Below the pieces are notes generated by a model. That model was not told the DNA's origin. It was given only the letters and a program-made list of their open reading frames with translations, and ran no database searches. The translations under genes were made by a program, and so were the position numbers. A stretch of 63,564 nt of DNA from positions 62,001 through 125,564 of the forward strand of contig RHPI01002656.1 of assembly GCA_009103225.1 (NCBI GenBank). Direction: 5' to 3'. Positions 1 through 13,800 of the stretch are shown here, one piece after another (position 1 is the first letter of the stretch; each line of letters begins with the position of its first letter). Source of the stretch: Chlorokybus atmophyticus (Eukaryota; Plantae; Mesostigma and Chlorokybus algae).

Positions 1-99
1 GTCTGCTGCACATTGCGTGCACACATGCCTTTGACGCTTTGGTACTACACACCTCACGCAGTACAAGTATAATGCTGATCTGACGCACTCCGTTTGCAG

Positions 100-1301
<1,202 letters not shown>

Positions 1302-2524
1302 CACCAGCAAAGTTCAATCGTGTGCACGCCCTCTTTTCCTATTTATTTGTGTGGTCAACGACCACCAACTCCTCCCAACTGCCTTTTGCTTCGCAAGGTC
1401 ACCTATTGCGACCTGCGCTCCTGTATTCAATCACTCCCATTCACTGCAAGACATCATGTTGCGTGCCTCTATTGATGTACTACTGCAGTGGGCCGAGAGC
1501 AGCAGAATTGTGTGGGAGCGCTTGCACGCTCCGCCAGCCAACCTGCATGCCATTCAAGGTGCATCAGGGCGGCTCAAGGGTCTTGTAACTTTATTGCTGT
1601 TCTCTTATTCAACCAGGATGCACATTCTGTGGAGAAGCTGGCAAACTCTTATGTATCTCAGTTGGTCTGAGCACATTTTGTGCACTATTTTCCTTCTGTG
1701 TTCTTTATCGGTACTCTTCAGGTTAGGGCGTGCCTGTCAGCTGTCCTAGTGCGCGCAACTGCGATGTGATGCTATGCAAGTGCAAACATCATTGACTCTG
1801 GACTGCGTTGCTGTACTCTAGAGATTGGGGTACACGGACATGAGCCTTGTTGATGTCTTGGAAACTGCTGCACGCGTGTCACATCAATTTTCTTGGCATA
1901 GCCTGTCCATAAGGGTGTCTCAGTGCGTCAACAGTGACCCTTATTGCACGAACAGCATGCAATAGCAGGATCAGAGTAACATCAATATATATGAAGCTTG
2001 TTGACATGTTATCAAAGAGTACTATCCAAATAGCGAGGGACTACCAAGCTTTGCATGGTTATTCGAGCAATGATGTCTGTACGCTCTGAGGTTGTTCGAT
2101 GCTGTACGTGAGATGGCACGCCAGCGAAGAATTGAATGGAAATGGAAATGGAAATGAAAACGACAACGAAATAATGAAACGAACAATTATTGCGTGTTGG
2201 ATGTAGCCAGCCAGTGGCAGTAAAAACCGAGTTTACAATTCGAAGTTGTCAACCATACATGCATCGCGGTTTCAGCAAGGCCTGCTTCACTGCCAGCCAA
2301 GGCCAGTTTGCATTGGAGGCAATCCAAGTCATTGGCGACGACTCTACTGGTTGATCCCTCTGAGTGCTCTGCAGTTACTGCATGGCAGTGCTGCAGTTTT
2401 GCAGGTGCTGTACAAGTGACTCCACGGGGCACAGTGAAGTGCCTCATGCCGCATTCATATCCCTGTGCATCAAATTGCATTGCAAGGAGGGTGCACCTAC
2501 AACAGCACAAGTGACATATGGTTG

Positions 2525-4309
2525 TCACACCCTGGCGGGTAGTATCCTGCCGCGACATTCCCCAAACCCAATACGGTACCCTTCACCTTGGCACCATCCT
2601 CTGAAAATGACACAATCCTCGTCCTGGAGAAACTTGCGTTGCATCCCGTCCGGAAGCGACAGAGGTTTGGTTCCCTTCCACGTGAGCTCCAGCATGCAAG
2701 CCAATGAGTCCGCTGTTGGACCTAATAACAAAGCAGGAGATAATGGTTGGTTGGATGTCCAATGGCTGTGACTTTAGCAACAACAACTGTGCACTCACAC
2801 CACGCACAGTTGCTCGCGAAGCGTGCATGCACCCACCTTGCTAAACGTGTGCAAGCGCAAGCGCACACACACGCTGACACGCACACACGCCTACATGCAC
2901 ACACACGCCCACACCTGAGATGGTTCCAGTGCCCAGCAGATCCCCAGCGCGCATTGCGGTGCCATTGCAAGTTTGATGCGCGAGCATCTGCGCCATGCTC
3001 CAGTAGAGGTTGTTGAAGTTGGTGGAGGTAATGCGCGCGGGCTCCGTCATGGACGGGCTCTGCAGGTGTGCTTCTAGGTGGATATCGAACCCGCTGGGCT
3101 GCCTGGTCCGCAGGTACGGCAGAGGCTCGGGGTCCTGCGAGGGTCCCGCCACACGGAAGGGCTCGAGCGCATCCATCGTGACCACCCACGGGCTGATGGA
3201 TGTGGCAAAGGATTTGCCAAGGAATGGACCCAGCGGCACGTACTCCCACTTCTGAATGTCGCGCGCGCTCCAGTCGTTCAGCAGCACCAACCCGAAGATG
3301 CTGTCTTCGGCCTCCTCGGTGCTTAACGTCTCGCCGTGGTTCGTGCTTCGGCCCATAAAGAAACCCATCTCCAACTCGAAGTCGAGCAGCCGCGAAGGGC
3401 CGAAGGTCGGCTTATCAGCATCATCAGCCTTGTTCTGTGCAAGGAGAGTGCACACAGGCATCGGTAAATGTATGCACAACCTTCTAAAGCTGATGTGAAC
3501 ATAGCAAAAAGTGTGTTGTACCTATGGTATATGTGCATGGTACACGCAAATGCAGATAGTGAATTGCCCAACCTGGCCGCAAGGGCGTATGATATTTGTA
3601 CCAGAGGGGAAGACTGTCCCGGCTCGACCATGGTATGCAACAGGCATGTGAAGCCAGTTGGGGTTCAGGGCGTTCTCAGGGCTGCGGAACATAGAGCCGC
3701 AGTTTGTTGCATGGTGCTTTGATACATAAAAGTCAGTGAAGTCGCCAATCTCAACCGGAAGCTGCATGTTAACTTCTGCCATGGGAATCAACGCCTTCTG
3801 CCGAACCTGCATTGAGCAGAAACGAGTAGTAGTTTGTGCTTCCCAACAGATGCACACACGCACTCACCCATCCACACACATGCCTACAGCCATAATCAAA
3901 CGTGCAAACAAGTATACACATGCACGCAAGCGCATACACGCCCACGCATGCGTTGTTGCAAATTCCATACCTCCTGGTTGTCCCTTAGCTCTGGATTGCC
4001 GGAGTTGAGCAACAACGCAATGCGTGTCCTCGCTTCACTCCATGCTCGTCGGCCAAGTGTCATGAACGCATTGAGTGAAGGCGACGCAAACACGTCACGG
4101 TCCTTCAATGTTGGACATGGGTCAAAAAAGCCATGTGAGTGCAGTGCAGCGAGGTCAAGCACGTAATTGCCAATCGCCACGCCGACGGACGGCGCGTGAC
4201 CGTTGTGGATACGCTTGAACACGCCATAAGGCAGGTTCTGGATTGGAAAGTCGCTGTCGGGTCCCACCTCAACCCACGAATGCAGCAGAGTGTCTGTTGT
4301 ACTTTCCAT
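2525..4309 (-). CDS. FAH: Fumarylacetoacetase. Exons 4309-3971, 3806-3573, 3434-2915, 2721-2525
   Basis: Motifs [75 protein letters not shown] and GYRIGFGEC. Introns are GT-AG and in phase. Confidence 0.97.
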
Positions 4310-4366
4310 TCTGTTTGTTTGGGCCTGGAAGCAAACCAACCTTAGTAGCATTCGCACTATCTGCAC

Positions 4367-4367
<1 letters not shown>

Positions 4368-4440
<73 letters not shown>
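4368..4440. repeat. (AC)n microsatellite just upstream of the FAH start
   Basis: Pure AC dinucleotide run of about 73 bp. Confidence 0.98.
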
Positions 4441-4443
<3 letters not shown>

Positions 4444-5164
4444 GGTTTCAAAGCCATGGCACAGCAATGCCTTGTTCGCTGTCATGCTTGATTGTCTACA
4501 CAAACAGTTAATGACAGCTATGCCAGCTGTCAACGTTGCTTGGGATGACCCCTTGCCACCGAACTGTTCGCGTGCAACCTCAACATTTCCAGAATAAGAG
4601 AGCATGCAGTGTGACGGTAAGGGGCAAACAACGACAGCAAACTTCTGTGTCCAGGCACACTTGCTTGAACAACCAGATGCGGAGTGCAACAGCACTCAAT
4701 TGCAAACGACAAAGTGGTGCCCTCCAAGTTGCCATTGGAACATTAGCTACAACATAATGGCATCTGAAACAACATCAACCAACGAAGCAAGAAACGAAAG
4801 ACTGTAAAGAAAGTCAGAAAGAAAGAAACTACAGATGTGCTAGCGTGGCCTACTGGCCAGTCAGTCCATTGCGACCAAAGTCCATCAAGCAACAGACAAG
4901 CAGCACAAGAAGAGCACACAGCAAGAACACATAGATTAACAGGACGACCGTCAACTGGAACCAGCGCAAAGAACAGCGCCAAAACCACCTCGCCGCTCCC
5001 ACCTTGAAGCTTGGATTGCGACACTAAGTGCAAATCTCTCTCAAGCTCGCAAGCTGTGCCTGCAGGAGCGGAAAAGCTGACAACAGCCACACGCCTTGCA
5101 AAGCGTCGGCACCACCGCCGCCACTGCACATTTCCACTCGCTGCGTTGCTTGCTGTACACAACC

Positions 5165-7614
5165 ATGCTGATGTCAGCTGCCACATCAGCATGGTTGTTG
5201 GTGCAGCCAGTGGCGGCAATGGTGCCGGCAGCTGGTACAGCGGCGGTGTGCGCATGGGCGGCGTTGTCGTCGTCCCGCCCGGTGCAAGCGCTGTCACGGA
5301 GAAGCCGTCCGCTGCTCAGCCGCGCTGTTGCCCGCAGACAAGGTGATCGTCTACCCCAAACTGTGCATGCAGAGTGTTTGAGAGTTCGGGCTTGTTGCTT
5401 CAGCTGAGGTAAGCTGAGCTAAGTCAAGCTTGACTAAGATGAGCCCAGCCAAGCTCCATTCAGCTAGCTGAGTGAAGCTTGGCTAATCTCAGCTCAGCTA
5501 TGGTAAGCTTTCAAGTTTACAGCTTTGCTAACTTGAGAGCTTGCAAGCGCGCCTTCCGTGATGCGCTGAACCAACCTTTGAAGCCTGTGTGGTGGTTGAT
5601 GTGAGGTGTAGTTAAGCTGAATGACATTGCATGCAGTGAGATGTTGCGCTGGCGACGCAGCTTCCGCGGCAGCAGCACCCGCGCGGCAGCAGCACAGCAC
5701 GAAGGATCTGGCTGCTGCTAAGGTTCTGTACGCTTCCGCGCCAGCATTGGGACACAACCAGGCAAGGAACATGATACCACATGCATTCCTTGTTGTGTTG
5801 CCAAGTCTCCTCGTTGCTCGCACGCTGAGCAGCATTGAGACAAAGCAAATTCACTCAAGAGCACTCGCTGCAAACGGGAGGCACAATGTTGAGGAACATG
5901 AAACATCAGAACATTGACGACCCGCAGTATTCTTCTTATGCTGCCTAGGCACAAGCACTTACTATCATCCATGCTTGCAGCCAGGCCATCCAGAGAATGC
6001 GGCGCGGGTGCCATCTATCCTGACTGCGCTGCAGAAGGCTAGAGTCACACCTCAGGTTGCAACAACAACTAGTTAGTTCTGAACATTGCTGGTCCATGTT
6101 TATTGATGGTTATGTCTTGAAGTCTTGAACGTGCATATTGTTGACTAGGTGTAAGCAGGATAGGCCCGGGCAAGTCCTCCAGCTTGAGGGCTTCCGGCAC
6201 GCGACACCTGCAGAGGTCTCCGCTGTGCACAGTTCCAAGTATGTTTCCGGACTTGAGAAGGTGCCAAAAAGTGCTTCAGTTAAACCGTGTGATGCAATTC
6301 GTCATAGTTTTGACGCCTGCTTTTGTGGTTAGTTCATGCGCCAAGCACCATCCATTCTGGAAAGTGGCGGGCCAACATATGCAACAGAGTCGGTAATGCC
6401 TGTTGCATTCAAGTTGGTTGTGTTGTATGACAGCGCGATGTCTCATGTACAGTCTACTAAAGCTTACACCATGTGAGTGCAGACATACGACTCAGCAATG
6501 CTGGCAGCCGGCGCTGGCATTGCCCTGGTGGATGCAGTTGTAGCCGCCGAAAGGATATCAACCGGCCCAGCTCCTGCAGGTGAGTGCATTGCCGTCTGCA
6601 ACCACATCGTGCATGTTGCCTTACTGTCCGCAAGTGCTGTAGCACAACTGGACTGTTGCTAGGCTTTGCGCTGGTACGTCCTCCCGGCCATCATGCAGTC
6701 CCGACCGGCCCGATGGGCTTCTGCGTGTTTGGGAGTGTCTCTGTTGCTGCCCGCTACGCTCAGAACCGGCACAACCTGCGTCGTGTGATGATTATAGACT
6801 TTGATGTACACCATGGCAATGGCACCCAGGTACTTAATGGCAGAGTTTGAACACTTGACAGTATGAGGACTCTGCACTGACACTTTGCATGCGCAGGACA
6901 TCTTTTACGATGACCCAGACGTTCTGTTTCTATCAAGTCATCAGTCCGGCTCATACCCGGGGACGGGAAGTGTCAATGAGGTTGGCAGCGGCAAGGGGGA
7001 AGGCTCAACGGTAAGGGTTTCCCCAATGGATGTGCGTGCAGTTGAGAATGCACATCTCAGCCAAGTGATGCTGTGGCCTGACCACTGTGCGCAGATTAAC
7101 ATTCCTTTGCCTGGTGGTGCTGGAGATATTGCTGCTGCAGAGTTAATCGCTCAGGTCATTTCACCGGCAGCGTACAGGTTCAAACCAGACATCATATTGG
7201 TATCAGCTGGGTAAGTGTTGCAGTTGTGCTTTCGTCCCAAGTAGCAGTGCGTCGTGTGGGTGTCATACTTAGCCAAGTAGAGCGCTGATAAGCTTACTCA
7301 CCACTAACTACCTCAGGTACGATGCGCATTTCATGGATCCGCTGGCGGGACTGCAGTTCAAGACCTCAACATACCACAGGCTCTTGCGCAGTATCAAGAC
7401 GTTGGCCAACGACCTGTGCGGGGGCAAGTGCATAAGTTTCCTCGAAGGGGGATACAACCTTCAGGCGTTATCCGAGAGTGTGTTGGACAGCTTTCTAGCT
7501 GTGCTTGGTGAGCCGAGCATTGACGCCGTCAACCCGCGGCACTTGCGAGACGAGCCTTTGGAGAAGGTGAAGTCTGTGCTGCAAACAGTGCGCGCTATCC
7601 ATAGTTTGCAGTAG
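5165..7614 (+). CDS. HDA14: Class II histone deacetylase, HDA14-like, with a transit-peptide-like N-terminus. Exons 5165-5340, 5637-5761, 5981-6055, 6159-6260, 6333-6392, 6483-6579, 6663-6829, 6897-7010, 7095-7210, 7317-7614
   Basis: Motifs [72 protein letters not shown] and LEGGYNL follow plant HDA14 in order. The start Met is inferred from the Ala/Ser/Arg-rich N-terminus. Confidence 0.93.
5401..5510. repeat. AGCT-rich nested palindromic element in HDA14 intron 1
   Basis: Contains the perfect palindrome AGTCAAGCTTGACT, the hairpin AGCCAAGCT-CCATTCAGCT/AGCTGAGTGA-AGCTTGGCT, and an outer AGCTGAGCT/AGCTCAGCT inverted pair. Confidence 0.75.
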
Positions 7615-8143
7615 TCGCGTCACAGTCTAGTGTTGTATACAAGCTTGTTAACCATGTTCATATGTCCTGTTGCTGTTTTCTCTCTCTCTCTCTCTCTCTC
7701 ATAGAATTTTTATTGTGTCCCGTCGTAACCTTCGTATGCGCTCCCCCACTGTATCTTGTCGTCAAACATGTTGTCAGTGCAATATTTACACTGGCAGATG
7801 CAAGAGCATGCAGTTATGAGATTCAGAAGCAAGTTCAAGTGTCGATACCTATATCAAACGTATGTGTCAAGCCTATAAATGTAGGCTCTACGCCCACCCC
7901 ACACTCCCGCTCGCACATAATGCAGTTTGCATCTTTTGTACACACAAACCTCACCCTCCCGCGGTGCACACATGTTTTAGACTATCTATGTAGTATGCGC
8001 ACTGCGTTGCGCAACAAACACCTAGGAAACATAACATCTTCATGTAAGCAGTTATAAGCAAAATTACAGCGCTATATACACACAAGTTACAAAGGTTTAT
8101 GCACACTCCCATGCCCATAGATATGTGGAGCACTGTGACATGG

Positions 8144-9126
8144 TTATTCGCCATGCTGTGTTTTGACAACAAACGTATACATGTATACCGTAGAAACATG
8201 AACCATGCGTTTCTTGGACCCCATGATTGGGTTTTGTGCAGGTCTTGGCAATTTCCACTTGAGCAATACCTATGAAGCAATAACGAAGCCAACTGAGCAC
8301 TTACAAGTTTGGATGGTGCATATCCATAGCATAATAAGCACTTGGGCATACAGCATGTATGCCTACCTGCACCGTTTTACCATCCTGCATGGCGCCCTTA
8401 ATCTTGTTTCCCAACTTAAGCTGAATGGAAGCCGAAGGAATTCTGACTTTAGGCATGTACTCATCTTCAGGCGAGTCCATTGTGATCAGCGGCTCGTCAA
8501 ATATATCAACAATCAGAACTACTGAGGCTCCAGCTTGTTGGGCGTTGTATATCTTCTGCGTAAAATAGCAACCTGCGCGCATGCGCGTATATCGCAACAA
8601 GCCAGCACTGTGGCACCGGGCAGTAACATGATAAACGACAATCAATATCAAAGACATTAGCAACCAAGTGCACAGTGTGTGGTATTGCATAACACTCACT
8701 TACCTCCTCCTCGATTCAGCATCACGATTTGTAAGACTCCACGTTGAGGTGAAAATGTGTGTCCACCTCCAGGGAAGGGCAGGCAACCATCTTGATTGGC
8801 ATCAGGGTACACAACTGTGCCTTGCAGACGCCACCTGTACTTTGGCACACCAAAATCGGCAAAAGCTGCGTCGTAATTACCATCGATGCCTGGTGCTCCC
8901 ATGACGTGCAGGGCTGCGAAACAACATGCATATAAAATCCACCACAAAAACATCAAACAGATTGCAAGCGGACGCTTTGACAATCTGCATTGCGCCGGCA
9001 ACATACTCAGTACCTACCGTTGTCCTTCACTATGAAACTGGCATGCGCAACATGCCGCAGGCACAGCGAGGCGAACAACGCCCATGCTAGCGCCATTACA
9101 GCCAGGCGGCTGGTCGCCGACCCCAT
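8144..9126 (-). CDS. Secreted protease-associated (PA) domain protein resembling only the N-terminus of vacuolar sorting receptors. Exons 9126-9018, 8913-8704, 8572-8367, 8269-8144
   Basis: A signal-peptide-like start (MGSATSRLAVMALAWALFASLCL) is followed by FIVKDN, ADFGVPKY, GTVVYP, NRGGGCYFTQKIYNAQQAG, PLITMDSPEDE and IPSA, which match the VSR PA domain. The last exon is tentative. Confidence 0.82.
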
Positions 9127-9489
9127 CACCACAGCCTGACGCTCTTAGGCCTCAGTTGCCCAACTCCTACAGGCCAGTCAAGAGAGAGAAGGCGAACAAG
9201 GTGCACCTTCGAGTCCATCTGAAGCCCCCGCAACACCTCACCGCCGCTGGCTAGCAGAAAATCACTCTCGACATCAAAATTTCGCCCCGCACAGGTACCA
9301 CGCGTATACCTGTGTTTTATCTGAGGCGTACAGGTTACCTCAGGTGTCTTACGGGTGTACCTCAGGCAGAATTGATGTGTCCAAATAACGGCTCACCACG
9401 CTCGCTTGCTGTGCTCAGCGAACGCGGTGAGCGCCTTGCAGACTGTGAATATATGTATTCACTGAGCGCATGCAGTGCTTCTTGGGGAA

Positions 9490-10880
9490 TGGATCGCCGG
9501 GAGCCCTGTTGTGACGGGAGGTCACCTCCCGGAGGTGTAGTCGAGGGCGGCGATATGGCCCTGCTCGCCCTGCTCAATGACTGCGATAAGCTGGCATGCT
9601 TGTTGTCCTTGGGATAACACTAAACCAAGCCTATCGACGCCCTACCCGTGTGGTGCTGGCTGCCGTGGGAGTTGCAGCTACTGTTGTTGCCGGAGCAGGC
9701 CGAGGCGCTCCACGCCAAGGCCGTCCTCGTCTCGTCTGTCTCAGGCTGTAGTCGCGGCGGTGTTCCTGCTGCGTACGTACTTAGTGGAGCGCAGGGCTTT
9801 CGTTCTCAACAAGGCGGGAGCTCGTCCGGCACTCGCTCACCAGGCATGCAAACCCCTAACCCCAAACGACAGCAACACCTGGGCAGGGGTCTACTGTGCG
9901 GCAAGTCAAGCTGCTGAGGTGTCATCTTGTGAGCACTTTCAATACCAAATCGTCGACTCTATTTGTGTACTCGTTTTGTATGTAGCATGTTGCTGTTCAA
10001 ACATTACATTCGGGTGCAGGAAAAGGCCCCCCGACTGTCCGGCTGTTCCATCTCAACCTGGTATCGAGGCCGACAACTTGTATGCCCTTGCTGCTGTACT
10101 GCCTTGCTGCTGTACTCGTTTTGTATGTAGCATGTTGCCTTTCAAACATTACATTCGGGTGCAGGTTAAGGCACCCGACTGTCCGGCTATTCCATCTCAG
10201 CCTGGTACCGAGGCCGACAACTTGTATGCCCATTGAATGCCCTTGCTAGAGACATGGGCGTTCATCTTCCGCTAACTACACTCCCATTCTCTGCTGCAGC
10301 TTTCAAACACACAAGTTATGGAGACACTGAAACCAAGCACGGCAAGGCAAACAAGCTTGGACAATTGGCACAATTTGCTCGCCTTTCAGAGGAGAGTCTG
10401 CTGGCCGTGTTGCACGCGATGCTGCACCACCATTACAGGTACCCTGCTGCGACGAGAGCAAGGTGCTGATGAGAGCAAAGAAGGAGCTCGGCAACGTGTG
10501 CATAGAGTGCTTCAAAAGAAGTTCTCTTCCGGCAGCGTCACGGGGATTCCACTGGTAACTTGTACACAGAACATGTGTTGGCGTACATGTTTTTACTAAG
10601 ACAGGTTGATCTAAATGACTGTGCCAACTTTTCTATGGAATCTGTGCAAACATGTTGAACATGTTGCTGACTTGTACCACACTGCACGCCTACAGAACGC
10701 CCATACCGATAGGTCTATTCGCAGTGTGGCTGTTTTACCGCTTTCACTTCTCAACTGCGCTGCCTCCCGTGGGTGGGGGAATGCAATGCTTGCGAGTTGT
10801 GTAACATAGTACTGTTTTAAACCGTATTGTGTGTAGGTAAGACCTGACACCGTCCAAGTGCAGCAGACGATGGCTTACAA
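9490..10880 (+). pseudogene. Decayed, apparently spliced coding remnant of unknown family
   Basis: GC3-rich codon runs are broken by TAA-CAC-TAA (9615-9623) and a -1 frameshift near 10444. Plausible splice sites occur at GAG|gt near 9918, gtgcag| near 10020 and 10164, CTG|gtaac near 10554, and tag| near 10826. Confidence 0.4.
9966..10231. repeat. Two-copy imperfect tandem duplication, about 122-bp unit with 145-bp period
   Basis: TGTACTCGTTTTGTATGTAGC...GACAACTTGTATGCCC occurs at 9966-10087 and 10111-10231, differing by a few substitutions and a 1-nt indel. Confidence 0.92.
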
Positions 10881-13800
10881 AACTTGTTAATGGCGGTACA
10901 GCATCAATGTTGCGGGTAGGTTTGCAGCATTGAAGTTTGTGGTTTGCACACTGCAACGGAACAGGCTGTCTTATGCGCACATCACGTTGTGCCAATCAGC
11001 CTTGTACAAAGTTGTGCGTGCATGTTGCGTTTGTTGTCTGCCCCGTTTAGTAAACCTTGTGCTCAATTGCATGGTATGACTTGTCTGGCGTTGATCCTTC
11101 CTGTAGCTCAAATCTTATGCATTTCTTCTAAGAGCTTGAAGCTTAAAAAGCACACCGATGTGGACACCACGGCTGTGGGCTCACGTTGCAGCAGAGCGCG
11201 CTGGGCGTGCCACTGGATTAAAAGATAACGGTGCTGCTGCTGAGCCGTCTTAGAGCACACATGTATACACAAAAGTTGTTTCATACTGTACTACTGCAGG
11301 CGTGCGCGCGTGTGTGTGTCCTGCTTGTGTGCGTGTGCTGTTTGTGTGCATGCTAGTGGCGTGATAGTGCGTGCAAGGGTGTTTGCGAAAGCAGGCTAGG
11401 ATTCAGAGCAGGTTGTGGACAAGAGAAGAGACACGAAGGTTACGCATTAAGACCTGGATGCAATGGCTTATGTACGTATATGTATGTGTTGCTTGACATG
11501 ACTCCTGTAGCTGCATGCCTTCATGCGGTGACCATGCTGCCCAAATACGCTTTCAAGCTCTGTACTGGGCTTTACATTCAAACATTATGCAAGCGGTCAC
11601 AAGCGCCATGAGGCATTTTGTCATGTGCTTGCCAACTACAGCAATATACCCGACCATACTCCTGCGCCTAGTGACTCAGCTCTCAGCCGCTGTGTTGGCC
11701 ATGTTGGTCAGCAGCGAGACCTTAACAACATCACACAGCATCAAGGTCTACCTCAATGGTGGGGTTGAAGGCAAGGGCAGGAAGCACATCAGAGGCGGCA
11801 GGGCGCCGGAGGCAGGTTGGGGTGTTGGGTGCAAGGAGGGGAAGGAGAGAGGTTCTTGTATCAGCGGGGTTTACGTGTAGGCAAGAAGTTGCTTCTGTTG
11901 GTTTAGGCAATGTGCGCACATGGGCAGGTGTGCACATGGCTGATGACTTGGGGACCACACGGCCTTCCATGTTTGACAGGGTGTTGCCCGGTGAACATTT
12001 CGTCATTCTAAGCCGCGTTCGTGGCTACCGCCAAAGGCGGCTAATTCTTTTGCTAGTCCTTGTGTAAGGAACAGCTAAAGCATTTCCATTTTTTGGCAGT
12101 AGCCACGGAAGAGGCTTTGCGAAGTTTCCTCGTGGGAACGCATCAGTTGTTGTGGAAGGTTGGAAAGGCTATAGCTAGGAAAGAAGCCTTGGCTATTTTT
12201 TCCATGGCAAATGCCCATCTTTGCTTCAGGGTGTTTGGCTTAGCGCTTACATGTAATGTGCATGCAATGCGATCTGCGCACTGCTGCGGTTGCACATACA
12301 AGTCACGGCAATATCCTGCGACGGACAATTTGTAAGGTAAGGCACAAGCTCAGGCTCAGGCCCAGGCCCTGTGGGCAGGCATTGATCTTGTTGTATGCCC
12401 ATTTGCATATTTAATGAGGTGGGCAGCAGAGTACTTGTAATGAGTATACCATAGAAACACGTACACCGATATTTTGTCCAAAACATAATTACTATAAGCC
12501 ATAGATTAAAATTGTAATTATTAAATCGAGGCCATACTGGCTACAAGGTCAATGCAATTAATTGAAAGACCCAACATATAAGGGACGTTAACGTTAATGT
12601 TATATCGAATTAATTTGATATAACATTCATCCATAAATATAGCTCAGACCGAAATGTATGTGGCGCTACAGCAATCGAGCCCGGTGATCGCATGCTTTTC
12701 GGAGCTTGATGATGTGTACACATGCGGACGGAACGCGCATGTAGCAACGTGTGAGTATGCAACATGTTGCATGTGCCTAACATTTTAAGGATTAATATAC
12801 ACATCAGTGTACGTGCAAATACGCGCCATAAGCATTAATTTACTTGATATGACATGCTGCTAACGTAGCAATTCTCATATGCATAGAATTGCATATCAGT
12901 CTGCGCTTCGCATGATTCGCAATCCAAATCAAGTTTATAGCGGCAGAGGTGTGCTGTTGTAAATGCTTTTGGTTTCAGCATTATCAACTTAAGTCGAATC
13001 AATGCAAATTTCTGCTTGCAACAACATCAATCGACCATGACATAACGAATGTTATTGACTTGCAGGCATTGTCTGTAATCGATATGTTATGGATGTCCAC
13101 ACTCGCACATTGATATGTTAGTAAGTCTTAAAAGGTTAAACTGTTGCGCATTGCATGACATATGCCGTTATGCTGATCAAAAATAAAAGGTGTGCAATGG
13201 GTGGTAGATGAATGCAAGAGCGTTTGCATCATGCTAGCTGCATATATGATTGTGATGGTGCAATAGTATTAAATAATATCAACCAAGTAATGTTCAACAA
13301 GACATTTAAATATATGCTTACCAGCAATACCAGTAGGGTCCACTGATGAGTACAAGCTTGTCTATCGTACTTATGCGAATACAATTCCCTTTACCCCCCC
13401 TCCCCCCTAGAAGGAATATAAAATCATTAGGGGGTGTTGTAATAGAGCTGCTTAATGCCCGTCAAGGGGTTACATTTAAAGCCCCCCCGCGAAAATGATT
13501 GGGGATGTTGTAATAGGGGGTCGATTCGCACAAATACGGTTTTATTCATTGCAACACGAACCCTGCTGTTATGAGTCATGATAAATTGACTTTGTTTACC
13601 CTATCTGCAACTGTGCCACTGGGCGATTGACTGCGCGGTCCTCATGGGTCCAAGTTTGATAAGTTATCAATGACAACGGTTGCTGACAGGCCAACACCCC
13701 CGCCGTGAGGACCTCACGTGCCTCACACGTCACGGCGCCTACCACCCAGCCAACAGGTGGTTGTCAACACTCGCGGCAGAGCGTCGGAGAGACAGTCGTT

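Noticed and set aside
1351-1749. 132-aa ORF after IDI
   Set aside because: It has no motif or clear codon bias and probably lies in 3' UTR or intergenic DNA.
4243-4695. His-Thr / Cys-Val repeat ORFs
   Set aside because: They are translations of the (AC)n microsatellite.
9362-9800. Minus-strand Ser/Pro-rich ORF with a single TAG (possible readthrough)
   Set aside because: It is the codon-registered antisense of the more protein-like, GC3-rich plus-strand remnant.
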